From contig CAYFHS010000010.1 in assembly GCA_964342815.1 (NCBI GenBank), forward strand, positions 32,001 to 96,000: a stretch of DNA of 64,000 nucleotides, read 5' to 3'. Position numbers and translations under genes: made by a program. This document shows positions 17,030 through 28,500 of the stretch, piece after piece (the first letter of the stretch is position 1; each line of letters opens with the position of its first letter). This stretch comes from an uncultured archaeon. GTDB lineage: Archaea > Thermoplasmatota > Penumbrarchaeia > JASLWR01. The notes beneath the pieces are model-generated. The model ran no database searches. It was not told the DNA's origin and worked only from the letters and a program-made list of their open reading frames with translations.

Positions 17030-20000
17030 TTACTCTGCGAGATACCCCTGCGCTCCACAGGAGCTGCAGGTGACGATGGTGGGCCTCTCAATGGTGGTCA
17101 CAGGATTCATTGAACTGCAGATGTGACACTGGATCGACTGGAGGGGTGCTGCACCTGCCGCTTGTCCGGGAAGAGGTGGAGGCAATGGCGGGACCTGAGG
17201 GGGTACCGATGGTACCTGAAGCGGAACCGGCGGTGCAGCGGGCTGCTCGAATCCCGTTGTTAATCCCGGGATCGTTTCTCCCAACCCCGGTGCTCCCGTT
17301 GTATCCGGTATTAGAGGGGCCGAGGGATCCAATGAACCTATATCCGGTTGAAGTCCCGCAGGTTGAACCGGGGGGAATGTCCCAGGTTCCATGGGTGCAG
17401 GGGGAAGTGCCATGAGATTGAGGTCCTGGACACCCTGGTCGGTTGTCATTGTGGGAAGTAAGTAATCAGGTTGAATAGGCGGTGCCTGGAGACCGGCTGG
17501 TTGCTGCTGTGGAAATGGAGCGATCCCAGGAACCGTAGATGAAGGGCCGGCGGGCCAGCCCATCTGACCGGTTTGATCAGTGAATGTTTGCGAGTGCATG
17601 GGGAGGATAGGCATTCCTTGGGCACGTCCCGGAGGCGGAAATCCTCCCGGAACTGCATTCTGAGAGCCATAAGGAGGTACCATGGTTCCCTGCCAACCAC
17701 CGCCACTTGTTTGGTATTGGCCCTGCGATTGTGGAGGGAGGGCCGTGGGTGAATACATGGGATGGTGGAAATCCCTATCCCCCACTGGATATGGAAACTC
17801 CGGTGGAAATTGCTGAGAAGGAAGTGTTTCGTCAGTCTTTTTATCTTTCTTCCTGCGGCCAATCACTATTATCAAGACGACCATTGCCAGTATGATGATG
17901 CCTATAACGATAAAGACCCACCAGTACGTTGAGAGAAGCCCTTCATCGCGGGTATTCTTTGCTTTCCGGTCATTGATTTCCGAATCGTAAGTTGCTGTCA
18001 TCTCAGGGGTAGCATCGGAGGGATCATTGGGATCGAGGCCGTTCATTTTCTCCCACCAGTCCGGAAGCTTATCTCCGTCGCTGTCCGTGGTATCACCCCA
18101 TTGCTCTTCAGCCTCTTTTCCCGTGGGTTTTGGCGTGATCTCGATCTCCAGCTTCACGCTTTCATTGAAACCGAAACCGTCATCCACATGAAGATAAACC
18201 AGATACTTGCCTGCCTGGTCCAGTACCGCCTGGGTTTCCATATTGTGACCTTTGAAAACGATCTTTTTGCTGGTCTTCCCCTTTATCACCCAGTAATAGC
18301 CAAGCTCGTCCTCTTCGTTATCTGTGGTCCCTTCAGCACTCAAACGAATTGTCGAGCCCTCCACGAAGGTCTCATCATCATAGGGTGCGTCGATCACCAC
18401 GGCAGGTGGTGAGTTGATCCATACCTGGTTCGCCTCAGACATGGCAAAACCATTCCCAACGGCATCCTTGGCTCGCCATTTTATATAGTTTTCACGACCC
18501 GGTTCGAACTCTATATCCATCAATATTATCAGGTTCTCCTTGACCACGTTATTGTTGATAATGGTCCAGTTAGTGAAAAGTTCCTCATCGTCACCCCACG
18601 CAGAAATGGAATACTCCACGGTCTTTCCGTCCACACCGCTGCCGCCCATATCATTGATTGTGATACCTGCGGATACGGTAGTTTCTGTGGATATCTCATC
18701 ATCCGGCATCGGCTCGGAGAAGGTCACCGGCGTAAGGTCCACCTTCACCGCCCGCTTTTCGCTGTATACCGGTCCGTTACCGGACATGTCGGAAATACGC
18801 CACATTACTGCATTACGGTCCCCCTCGTTGAACGTCAGCTCCGTCCATGCCCTGACCTTAACGGGATATCCCTCTTCTCCATTCTCCATTATTTCGAATT
18901 CCATCCCGTCACTGCTCCAGCCCGAAAACGTTCCCTCACCGTTCTTCCGGTAGGAGTAAGCAATACTATCGGTATCCAGGCCGTAACCGTCATTATCGTA
19001 GAATGTAATTTCTGTCCTTACTACGCTGCTCCCGAACCATTCATTGCCCATGGGAAAAAGATCGAATGCTATGGGCAGTACGCTGTCTATGTTGAATTGA
19101 AAATGCGTGGTGTTGCCCCATTGATCGTACACGTCGCAGGGTGTTATGTGAAAATACCAGCTTCCCTCTCCAAGCCCTGCAAACTCACCGGCATATGTTC
19201 CTGTAATACCGCCGTTGGGGGAATAAAGTACCTTCGTAGGCTCGGTGAGAGGAGTGCTGTCCACAGTATACGAATATCCTTTGATACCCGTTATCTCATG
19301 AGGCGGTTCCCAGGAGAAGACCGGGAGAGTGTTGTTGTAATAAATCGCCGGATCCGGATGGGTGGATGATGAAATCATGACTTCGTCCGGCCCTATGAGA
19401 TCGAAATAGATGGTATCGTTGAAATCTTCGGAGACGATCCCCGCATGATCCCGAAACCTCACTCGTATTATTTTCAGTCCGTCGGTGGGAGTGAGTGCTA
19501 TCCTCTTTTCTCCCTTGTATTCCTCCCAGGGCCCGACGTTTCCACGATCCCCTATGATCTGCATGTCCGCTATTCCGCTGCCATTATCCGAGGCATTGAT
19601 TACGATGTCCACTAGCTGCTCATTCACCGAGAGCGCTCCCTCTTCTATTGTTATATTGCCCACAGGCTTTGTCACGTCTATCATCAGTTTCTTTACCATG
19701 GAATAATTGCTCGAAGCATGATATGCATCTCTGGTACGAACACGCCAGTAGTACACTCCGTCCTTCAGCTCATCCTGGACCGTATGTTCCGTAAAAGGGG
19801 GATCGGATGAATTCACCCATGATGTGTTGTAGACTTGGGAGATCAGTTCTTGATCGTAGTATATTTCCACAAGATATTCAGATTGTATGTCGTTCTTATC
19901 TGGATCGGTGAAGTTCCATTCCAGTACGGGCTGACGTGTACCCTGCCAAATATGGGATGGAGGTCCGCTTGTTTCCGGATCGCTCACCAGATCGTATTCG

Positions 20001-21145
20001 ATTATTACCTTTTCGACGTAAGGCTGAACATCCTCATCGTTGGTGCTGAAGGTGGCATTCCACATCAGGTGGGACCCGCGGTTGCGGAAAACATGGTTCG
20101 TCCCGTTCTGCATGGTTACCCAGTTTACTCCGTCCACGGTCATGTTGTAAATTATATTGGTACCCTGGGGGCTGTACTCGTACCAGGTTATCCTCGCAGC
20201 CCCTATAGTGGGCCATTTCATATAGAGCGGATTTGACTGAATTGTGCCGTATTTCGAGGAGCTTGCGGTAACGTGGTATCCTATGAATCCTTTGTAGTTA
20301 TGATTGGAACTGCCGTCCGACGAGGTCCCCGCTCCATTGTACTGGACGCTGCCGTGGCAGGGATGGTTCTCCACCATGTGCGCCCGCGTATTGATGCCGA
20401 ACAGATAAGGATTCAAGGGCCTGGCGCCGTTCTGCCGGCAGTAGGTATAGGCTTGTCTCTCGGAGATAGTCCCGTAATCCTTGTAAAAATAGAGCTTGCC
20501 GTTCACCACCTTGCTGTCGCCGAACTGTCCCAATCCCGGCGTATCTCCGTTGGCGTAGGCCAGCACGCAGTAATGGCGCTCGTTCTTGTTCCTGGTGTTA
20601 ACACTGTTCCACCTGTTAGTGCTGGTATATGCAGTGTTTGCGTCCCTATCCCCCACCCATCTCTCATGCTGTTCGTAGGGTGCGTTGTACCCGTAGTGGT
20701 TAAAATCAGGCGCTCCCATGAACTGGGCGCCGTACATGTTGGCCATTTCCTCCGCCTCGTCCCAGGTCATCAGACCAAAATTAAAAGTGAACCACTGGGA
20801 CCGGTCCCCGCATCCTCCGTTGACTGTAGCATCGTACTTGAATTTCATCGTATTATGGGAATTTCCCGAGAGGACTGCTCTTCCGTTGAAAGTATCCACA
20901 AGGCACGAGCTGTTCTCCCGGTTGATGAAGGTCCTGTTGTTAAAGTCCTCGATTATGACATTCCCGTAGCGAGTATCCGTCTCTGATTCCTCGGGCCGGT
21001 CCAAATTGAGAACGACAACTTTGGAATTCGTCTCCGCTCCATTGTCGATACCAGAATACAGGGGAGTCGAAAAGCTCATAAGGATAATAATTCCCACAAC
21101 AAGAATAACGTTCCGTCGATTGGCTGTATCCCGAAATATTTCCAT
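17030..21145 (-). CDS. Array paralog A: single-pass surface protein, tip = two C-type-lectin-like repeats
   Basis: Signal peptide, TRYG..IEDF motif, variable tip, conserved Ig/Fn3-like stalk, DSDGDKLPDWWE TSP3-like motif, TM, Pro-rich tail, CxxC..CxxC. Confidence 0.9.
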   Translation of the reverse strand: MEIFRDTANRRNVILVVGIIILMSFSTPLYSGIDNGAETNSKVVVLNLDRPEESETDTRYGNVIIEDFNNRTFINRENSSCLVDTFNGRAVLSGNSHNTMKFKYDATVNGGCGDRSQWFTFNFGLMTWDEAEEMANMYGAQFMGAPDFNHYGYNAPYEQHERWVGDRDANTAYTSTNRWNSVNTRNKNERHYCVLAYANGDTPGLGQFGDSKVVNGKLYFYKDYGTISERQAYTYCRQNGARPLNPYLFGINTRAHMVENHPCHGSVQYNGAGTSSDGSSNHNYKGFIGYHVTASSSKYGTIQSNPLYMKWPTIGAARITWYEYSPQGTNIIYNMTVDGVNWVTMQNGTNHVFRNRGSHLMWNATFSTNDEDVQPYVEKVIIEYDLVSDPETSGPPSHIWQGTRQPVLEWNFTDPDKNDIQSEYLVEIYYDQELISQVYNTSWVNSSDPPFTEHTVQDELKDGVYYWRVRTRDAYHASSNYSMVKKLMIDVTKPVGNITIEEGALSVNEQLVDIVINASDNGSGIADMQIIGDRGNVGPWEEYKGEKRIALTPTDGLKIIRVRFRDHAGIVSEDFNDTIYFDLIGPDEVMISSSTHPDPAIYYNNTLPVFSWEPPHEITGIKGYSYTVDSTPLTEPTKVLYSPNGGITGTYAGEFAGLGEGSWYFHITPCDVYDQWGNTTHFQFNIDSVLPIAFDLFPMGNEWFGSSVVRTEITFYDNDGYGLDTDSIAYSYRKNGEGTFSGWSSDGMEFEIMENGEEGYPVKVRAWTELTFNEGDRNAVMWRISDMSGNGPVYSEKRAVKVDLTPVTFSEPMPDDEISTETTVSAGITINDMGGSGVDGKTVEYSISAWGDDEELFTNWTIINNNVVKENLIILMDIEFEPGRENYIKWRAKDAVGNGFAMSEANQVWINSPPAVVIDAPYDDETFVEGSTIRLSAEGTTDNEEDELGYYWVIKGKTSKKIVFKGHNMETQAVLDQAGKYLVYLHVDDGFGFNESVKLEIEITPKPTGKEAEEQWGDTTDSDGDKLPDWWEKMNGLDPNDPSDATPEMTATYDSEINDRKAKNTRDEGLLSTYWWVFIVIGIIILAMVVLIIVIGRRKKDKKTDETLPSQQFPPEFPYPVGDRDFHHPMYSPTALPPQSQGQYQTSGGGWQGTMVPPYGSQNAVPGGFPPPGRAQGMPILPMHSQTFTDQTGQMGWPAGPSSTVPGIAPFPQQQPAGLQAPPIQPDYLLPTMTTDQGVQDLNLMALPPAPMEPGTFPPVQPAGLQPDIGSLDPSAPLIPDTTGAPGLGETIPGLTTGFEQPAAPPVPLQVPSVPPQVPPLPPPLPGQAAGAAPLQSIQCHICSSMNPVTTIERPTIVTCSSCGAQGYLAE

Positions 21146-21332
21146 TACCGTATCACCATTCCGGATTAATTTTCCATTTATTGAGAAAAGTTCTGATGTC
21201 CGTTAGTATTTGAAAAGATGGGTCATATAGAGACCTTCATCATAATTATTTATTACCCCGAAAAAATCATGAATTATCCACAATTTATTGGGCAAACAGA
21301 ATTGTCTCTTGAAGAGCGGCTGTACGCAAAGA

Positions 21333-24300
21333 TCACCCTGAGATATACCCCTGGGCACTGCAGACCGGGCATGTGATCACCGTCGGTCTTTCATTTGTTG
21401 TGACCTGATTCATGGCCCCGCAGGAATGACATTGCACGGATTGTGGTTGAACTGGCACCTCCGCCGCAGGCGGGGGAGGGGATATAGGTTGTTCTGTGGG
21501 GGGAAGCGGGGGTAACGTAGCGGTATCGAAAAGGTCGTCTATTGATGGTGGGCCCGCAGCCGGCGGTGCAGCCGGTTCGGGAATTGCAAAGAGGTCCTGC
21601 ACGCTCAATTGAGGCTCGGAAACCGGAGGAACTGCCGCTTCAACAGGGAATGGATCCGGTGCGATAAAAGCCGTACCGGCAGAAGGCACGAATGCCTGGG
21701 CTGCCGCTTGCGTCGGTTCCGCCTGGGACATGGGGAGATCGTCCGGAGCTGGGGGAAGCGCCATGAGATTGAGATCCTGCGTGCCTTGGTCCGTGCTAAT
21801 GGGCGGAAGGGTGTAGCCAGGTAGCACCTGTTGTGGACTGACATTTTGTTGGTACTGGGGCGGATTTGGCTCCTGGCTTCCCAATGAAGGCGCGGGGGCT
21901 GTGGGTGAATACGCCATTGAGGTCTGTGTATGCATGGGCAGAGCCGGTCTTTGCTGTTGAAAGGTCTGGGGAAGAAATCCACTGACGCCTGGAGATTGAA
22001 TTCCCCCTGTGTTCCATCCACTTCTCACACCAGAGGGGTATTGACCCTGAGCTTGGTAAGTTTGGGGTCCCGCCGGGTAACCGGAGTGGTGAAAATCCCT
22101 GCCTCCCGCGGGATAAGGTCGCTCGGTGGGATAATGCGGTACCGGAACTTTCCTTTTTTTCTTTTTCCGTCTCCTCCTGGCAAGAACTATGATGCCAATG
22201 ATCATGATCAATATTATGCAACCGATGATAACCAGAACCCACCAGTACCTTGATAGAAGGTTTTCTCCGGAGGACGCCCCCATCTTGCCTTCATCAATTA
22301 CATTTCCGTATTCCTTTTTTTCATCGGGTGTGGCATCATTCGGATTATTTGGGTCCAGCCCATTTTCGATCTCCCACCAGTCCGGGAGCCCGTCGCCGTC
22401 GCTGTCAACTACCTCATCAGGATCATCGGGGCCTTCGTCCCCGAGGGTTTTGGGCAGCACCTCAATGTTAATCTTCAAACTCTCGTTGAATCCATGACCA
22501 TCATCCACGTAGAGATAGACTACGTATCTCCCTTCGTTTTCAAGAAAGGTCTTCAACTCCATACCGGAACCTTTGAAGAAGGTTTTTTTACTGGATTTTC
22601 CCTTTATTACCCAGCTGTAGTTTAGTTCGTCGCCCTCGTTATCCTTGCTACCCGTCGCATTCAGGCTAATGACGGCATTTACCTGGAACGTTTCATCATC
22701 GTAGGGGCTCTCCATAACGGGTACCGGCGGAGAGTTTACCCAAATTCGATAGGCATCGGAGCTGCTGGATGGATTCCCCACGGCATCTCTGGCCCGCCAT
22801 TTGATGTAATTATTTTTACCTGGTTCGAATTCTATATCCAGAAATACGTCCATGGTCTCCTTCACCATATTGCTGTTCAAAGCCGTCCAGTTGATAAAAT
22901 ATTTATCGTCGCCCCCCCCCCATTTGGATATGGAATATTCCACGGTCTTTCCGTCCACACCGCTTCCACCAATATCGCCGATGGAGATGCCGCAAGATAC
23001 GTAGTTTTCGTTGGAAACATCGTCCTCTCCAGGAACGGGTGCGGAGAATACCACAGGTGTGAGGTCCACTTTCAGCAAGAGCATTTCGCTCTCAACCGGG
23101 CCGTTGCCTGCGAGGTCGGTTATACGCCATCTTACGGCATTCTCACTTCCTTCGCTCAATTCGATATAGACCCACGCCCGGACCTGCGCTGGATTTTTCC
23201 CGGCAGATTCTTTCAAAACCTCGAATTCCATCTTTTCAGCAGTCCATTGTGAGAACCGTCCCTCCCCGCTTTTTCTGTATGCGTATTGAATACTTTCGGT
23301 ATCCAGGCCGACCCCTTCAACATCTTCGAAGACCACACTGGTACGTATGGTCGTCTCGTTGAACCAATTACCCTTTTCGGGGCTTAATTCATAGAAAATG
23401 GGTTGGGCGCTGTCGATATTGAAACGGAAATGAGAAGTATTACCCCACTGGTCATAGATGTCCGCGGTAGTTATGTGAAAATACCAGGTTCCCTGGGCAA
23501 GCCCGGAGAATTCACCGGCAAATGTCCCGGTAAGATGGTTATTCGGGGTATAGAGCACCTTCGTTGGTTGGGTCAGAGGCGAGCTGTCCACCATGTAGGA
23601 ATAACCTTTTATTCCAGCCACTTCGTCCGGCGGTTCCCATGAGAATACGGGGAGAGTGCTGTTGTAGTACATGTCAGGATCAGGATGAGTGGGCGAGGTG
23701 ATCATCACTTCCCCGGGTCCCTTGAGATCGAAATAGATGGTATCGTTGAATCTCTGGGAAATGATGCCTGCGTGGTCCATGAACCTGACCTCTATCATTT
23801 TCAGACCGTCCGTGGGTGTAAGCGCGATCCTCTTTTCCGTCTTGTATTCCTCCCATGGCCCCTCCTCCCCCTTGTCTCCGATTATCTGCATGTCAGCTAT
23901 TCCGCTTCCGTTGTCGGAAGCGTTGATCTTCAGGTTCACCAGCTGTTCGTTTACGGTGAGCGCGCCTTCTTCTATGGTGATATTTCCCTGAGGTTCCGTG
24001 ATATCGATCATAATCTTCTTCAAGGCGGAAAAATTGCTCCAGGCGTGATAAACATCCTTCGTTTTTACCCGCCAGTAGTACACGCCGTCCTCAAGTTGCT
24101 CACTCACGGTATGCTCAGAGTCCGTGGAATTGACCCAGGACGAATTGTATACGAGATCATTCATTTCCTGGTCACTGTAAAGCTCAACAATGAAATCGGA
24201 TTGGTGATCTCCCTTGTCGGGGTCTGTGAAGTTCCATTTCAATGTCGGTGTGCTGTTCCCCTGCCATTTTACCGAGGACGGAGCGAAGGGTTCCGGATCG

Positions 24301-25406
24301 CTTACCAGATCGTATTCTATGATCACCCTGTCGATATAAGGCGTGATTTCTTTATCACCGGTGGTGAGAGTGGCGTTCCACATTAGGCGTGAGCCGCGGT
24401 TTTTGAATACGTAATTCGTATGATTCTGCATGGTTACCCAGTTCTTTCCGTCCACGGTCATGTTATAGACGATATTCGTTCCCTGCGGTTTGTGCTCATA
24501 CCAGGTCATCCTTGCGGCACCGATGGTGAAACGCTCCGTGTAGAGCGGGATCGACTGTAAGAATCCAATTTCGGCGTTCTCACCCCCGGCGATACCGCTT
24601 ACTGTGAATCTCAGCATCCAATCACCCCTTGGAGCGCTGCCCCGACCCCCATTGGCCGCGTAGCATATCTGGGTATAACCGTTACCGTCAATGTCCCGCC
24701 CGCCGTTCTGTATGGTATGCCCGAGAAACATATTGTATATGCAGTCGGCGTCGTTTGGTCTCGTTACGTCGAACCATACCTGGTCGCCGTTCTGCAGCGA
24801 AAAGGAATCCATGTTCTTGTAAACGAATCCCTGATGCGGTCCGTACCCGCCACCCGAACCGAATGGAATACAGTTGCCCGGCCCTCGCGGATTCTGAGGT
24901 ATCGCACTGCATAGCTCGGCGTTCCCCCGCATGAATCTCACTCCGCTGATGGTATTCTGCCTCCACCCTCCTCCACCGCCCCACCATTGCCATACGAACT
25001 TCCCGCTTCCATCTCCACTGGTAGTCGTATCGCAAACCTGGGTACATGAATTATCACCCAAATATGCTCCTGTCGGTACAAGTTTTAGTATCATTCCCCC
25101 ACCGGGAAACAGAAAACCGCTGGAAATACTTGCACGGCCTTCCCGTGTATCCACGCCGCACGATGTATTCGACTGGTCGATACCTGTAAAATTATTAAAA
25201 TCCTCTATGATCACCCTTTGGTACCGGTTTTCCGTCTTGGGATCCACAGGCGAGCGCTCAACGGCGATCTCCGCTTGAGACCGTCTTTCGCCGTTTGAGT
25301 TATCCACTTTCGATTGTTGGAGGGCAGGTAAAAGAAAAAGTAATAATATCGCCGTCACAATTATTCGCGTGAACAGTAAATGTTTCGAAGAATTATTGCT
25401 ATGCAT
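21333..25406 (-). CDS. Array paralog B: tip = unrecognised Cys/Gly/Trp-rich domain; contains an in-frame G10 tract
   Basis: Same scaffold as A; unrelated tip sequence. Confidence 0.9.
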   Translation of the reverse strand: MHSNNSSKHLLFTRIIVTAILLLFLLPALQQSKVDNSNGERRSQAEIAVERSPVDPKTENRYQRVIIEDFNNFTGIDQSNTSCGVDTREGRASISSGFLFPGGGMILKLVPTGAYLGDNSCTQVCDTTTSGDGSGKFVWQWWGGGGGWRQNTISGVRFMRGNAELCSAIPQNPRGPGNCIPFGSGGGYGPHQGFVYKNMDSFSLQNGDQVWFDVTRPNDADCIYNMFLGHTIQNGGRDIDGNGYTQICYAANGGRGSAPRGDWMLRFTVSGIAGGENAEIGFLQSIPLYTERFTIGAARMTWYEHKPQGTNIVYNMTVDGKNWVTMQNHTNYVFKNRGSRLMWNATLTTGDKEITPYIDRVIIEYDLVSDPEPFAPSSVKWQGNSTPTLKWNFTDPDKGDHQSDFIVELYSDQEMNDLVYNSSWVNSTDSEHTVSEQLEDGVYYWRVKTKDVYHAWSNFSALKKIMIDITEPQGNITIEEGALTVNEQLVNLKINASDNGSGIADMQIIGDKGEEGPWEEYKTEKRIALTPTDGLKMIEVRFMDHAGIISQRFNDTIYFDLKGPGEVMITSPTHPDPDMYYNSTLPVFSWEPPDEVAGIKGYSYMVDSSPLTQPTKVLYTPNNHLTGTFAGEFSGLAQGTWYFHITTADIYDQWGNTSHFRFNIDSAQPIFYELSPEKGNWFNETTIRTSVVFEDVEGVGLDTESIQYAYRKSGEGRFSQWTAEKMEFEVLKESAGKNPAQVRAWVYIELSEGSENAVRWRITDLAGNGPVESEMLLLKVDLTPVVFSAPVPGEDDVSNENYVSCGISIGDIGGSGVDGKTVEYSISKWGGGDDKYFINWTALNSNMVKETMDVFLDIEFEPGKNNYIKWRARDAVGNPSSSSDAYRIWVNSPPVPVMESPYDDETFQVNAVISLNATGSKDNEGDELNYSWVIKGKSSKKTFFKGSGMELKTFLENEGRYVVYLYVDDGHGFNESLKINIEVLPKTLGDEGPDDPDEVVDSDGDGLPDWWEIENGLDPNNPNDATPDEKKEYGNVIDEGKMGASSGENLLSRYWWVLVIIGCIILIMIIGIIVLARRRRKKKKRKVPVPHYPTERPYPAGGRDFHHSGYPAGPQTYQAQGQYPSGVRSGWNTGGIQSPGVSGFLPQTFQQQRPALPMHTQTSMAYSPTAPAPSLGSQEPNPPQYQQNVSPQQVLPGYTLPPISTDQGTQDLNLMALPPAPDDLPMSQAEPTQAAAQAFVPSAGTAFIAPDPFPVEAAVPPVSEPQLSVQDLFAIPEPAAPPAAGPPSIDDLFDTATLPPLPPTEQPISPPPPAAEVPVQPQSVQCHSCGAMNQVTTNERPTVITCPVCSAQGYISG
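22912..22921 (-). repeat. G10 homopolymer (C10 on +) inside paralog B
   Basis: TGG GGG GGG GGC encodes WGGG; this segment is one residue longer than in the six other paralogs. Confidence 0.8.
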
Positions 25407-25500
25407 CTACGATTACACGGTATACAATATATTTTATGTTTTCTCTTTATGTTTCCACCGATAATACAAAGTCATGCTTGGGAAGAAGATTCTGGAATAT

Positions 25501-28500
25501 CTATTCTGTTACTAATCCCTGGGCTCCGCATGAGGTGCAGGTAACAATGGTGGGTCTTTCGGCGGTGGTCAAAAGATTCATAGCTGTGCAGACATGACAT
25601 TGTACGTTTGAGAATACCGATTGGCCGCTTGCAGGAGGCTCCTGCCCGAGAGGCTGCGGTGCTTCCGGCGGCAGTGGTGACGGTGCGGCAGGTATGCCTG
25701 GAAGATCATCGTAGGAACTGGCTTCACTTCCCACAGAGGTGATTGGTGGAGGAACCGCGGGGGGTACAATGTTCGGTGAAGATGGTGGCATGGGTGACGG
25801 TGCAGCGGTTTCCGGTGCAGGATAATTTCCGGAGGCGACCGCTGATGGATCTATTTCCGGTGCCGGCGTCGGGTATTGTGTTGCTATTTCAGGTGTGACA
25901 TCAGGGAACGGTATGGCAGGTGATTGTATTTCCTGAGATGACGGTGGTACGGGGTAGGGTGCTACTATTTCAGGTACAGGGACTGCAGTTGACGGGTTAT
26001 GGTCCGCGATGGGGTCATTGCCCATGGTACCATATGTAACATCTTCGTACTCGGGGGCAGGTGGCAGTGCCAAGAGGTTCATATCCTGTAATCCCTGATC
26101 GGTGGTAAAAGAGGGAAGTAGATAATTGGGCGCGGAACTTGATGCTGTTTGAGCGCTGGGCGGCAAGGTATGTAGGCCGGGACTTATGGGCTGTTGGCTC
26201 CAGCTTCCCGGCATCCCTGCTTGATTGGGAGAGCCCGAGTAAGGAGCCCCCGGACCCGGAGGTAGTGCTAATGGTGGATTGGCGCCGGCCCCATACTGAG
26301 GGTTGCGGCCCCCGTACATTCCACCATATCCCGGTGTACCCATGGGAGCGTACCCGGAAGGTGCAAAGCCCAGGTTCTGACCCTGCGGGTATGGATGGAA
26401 TGATTTCGGGGGCGGGATCTGGGTCGGGATTTGTTTTTTCTCCTTTCTTTTCTTACTTGCGGCAAGCAGGATAACGGCAATCACCGATATCAATATGAGA
26501 GATCCGATGATGATCAACAGCCACCAGTATTTTGCCAGCAGGCCATCTTCAGCGGCGTTATTGGACTTCTTTTCATTGAGTTCATTCTCATAGGCATCCA
26601 TTTTTTCCTGGCTAGCATCATTAGGATCGTTGGGATCAAGGCCATTCTCTATCTCCCACCAATCGGGCAGCAAATCCCCGTCGCTGTCAATGGTATCGTC
26701 CCAAACGTTCCCATCATCGTCATCTTCATCCACGGGTCTCGGCACGATCTCTATGCCCAGTTTAACACTCTCATTGAAACCCAGACCGTCATCCACGTAA
26801 AGGTAAACTAAAAATCTGCCTGGCTGGTCCAACACCGCCTGACAGCCGAGACCATGTCCCTTGAACACAGTTTTCTTGCTGGTCTTCCCCTTTATGATCC
26901 AGAAATAGCTTAGTTCATCCCCTTCATTATCTTCGCTCCCGGAGGCGTTCAGCTGTATGATGGAACCTTCCTTAAATGTCTCTCCGTCATAAGGTTTCAT
27001 GATTGACGGAACCGGTGGCGAGTTGATCCATATGCGGTAGGTGTCAGAGATTGAATAGCCGTTCCCCACGGCATCCTTCGCGCGCCACCGGATATAATTA
27101 TCCTTTCCGGGCTCGAACTGTATTTCCAATGAAACGTCGATGGACTCCTTCACCATGTGGTTACTGATGGCGGTCCAGTTTTGAAAATATTTTTTATCCT
27201 CTCCGTACTTGGATACGGCATACTCTATTGTCTTCCCGTCAACACCGCTGCCTCCGGCATCTGAGACGGTTATGCCGCAGATCAGCATGTCTTCAAGAAA
27301 TATTTCCTCGGTCTCCGGGACCGGCATGGAGAAGGTCACCGGGCTCTTGTCAACCTTAACGGACCATTTCTCGCTCAGAGCCGGACCATTGCCGGCCAGA
27401 TCGCTTATTCTCCACCTTATTGTATTATCGCTGCCCTCCGACAGGGGGATGTTCACGTAAGCCCGAACTTTCACAGGATTATTCTCGGTACTCTTCTCCA
27501 GTATCTCGAATTCCATTCCGTCATTGGTCCAGGATGAGAACGAGTTTCCCCCGGATATCCTGTATGAATATTTGATGCTCTCCAGATCCAGACCAAAACT
27601 ATCGATATCAGTAAAGACGGCCTCTGCCAGCGCATTGCCGGAGTTGTACCAAACAGTATTGTCGGGCCCCATTTCGGAGATCAGAGGGATAGAGGTATCG
27701 ATATTGAACCGGAAATGGCTGGTATTACCCCACTGATCGTATATATCGGAGGCACAGATATGGAAAAACCAAGTGCCGTCGGTGAGACCGGAAAATTCCC
27801 CTGCAAATGTCCCGGTAATTTCGCTGTTCGGGGTATAGAGAACCTTTGTGGGTTCCGTAAGGGGTGAGGGATCCACCAAGTAAGAGTATCCTTTGATGCC
27901 CCCCACCTCGCGGGGAGGGTCCCATGAAAAGACCGGAAGCGTGCTGTTATAATACATCTCGGGCGTGGGATGTGTTGTGGAGCTTACATTGATCTCATCC
28001 GGACCCAGCAGGTCAAGATAAATTGTGTCGTTGAATATTTCCGAAACGATGCTCGCATTGTCCCGAAACCTGACTCCTATAGTTTTCAAGCCGTCCGATG
28101 GTACGAGTGAAATCCTCTTTTCTGTCTTGAACTCTTCCCAAGGGCCATCCTTTCCCCTGTCGTTGATGATCTGCATGTCGGCAATACCGCTGCCGTTATC
28201 AGAGGCATTGATGCGGATATCTACCAACTGCTCGTTCACAGTAAGGGCACCTTCCTCGATAGTTATGTTTCTCACCGGTTTGGTCACATCGATCATGATC
28301 TTTTTTAAGGCTGAAAAATTGCTGGACGCATGATATATATCCCTTGTCCGCACCCGCCAGAAATACGTTCCATCTTCCAGGTCATCCTCAACAACATGTT
28401 TTGGGGTAGTGGAGTTTTTCCACGAGCTGTTGAAGACCATGTCAGTTCCCTCATCGTCGCTGTACATTTCAACGAAATACTCCGATTGATGGTCGCCGGG

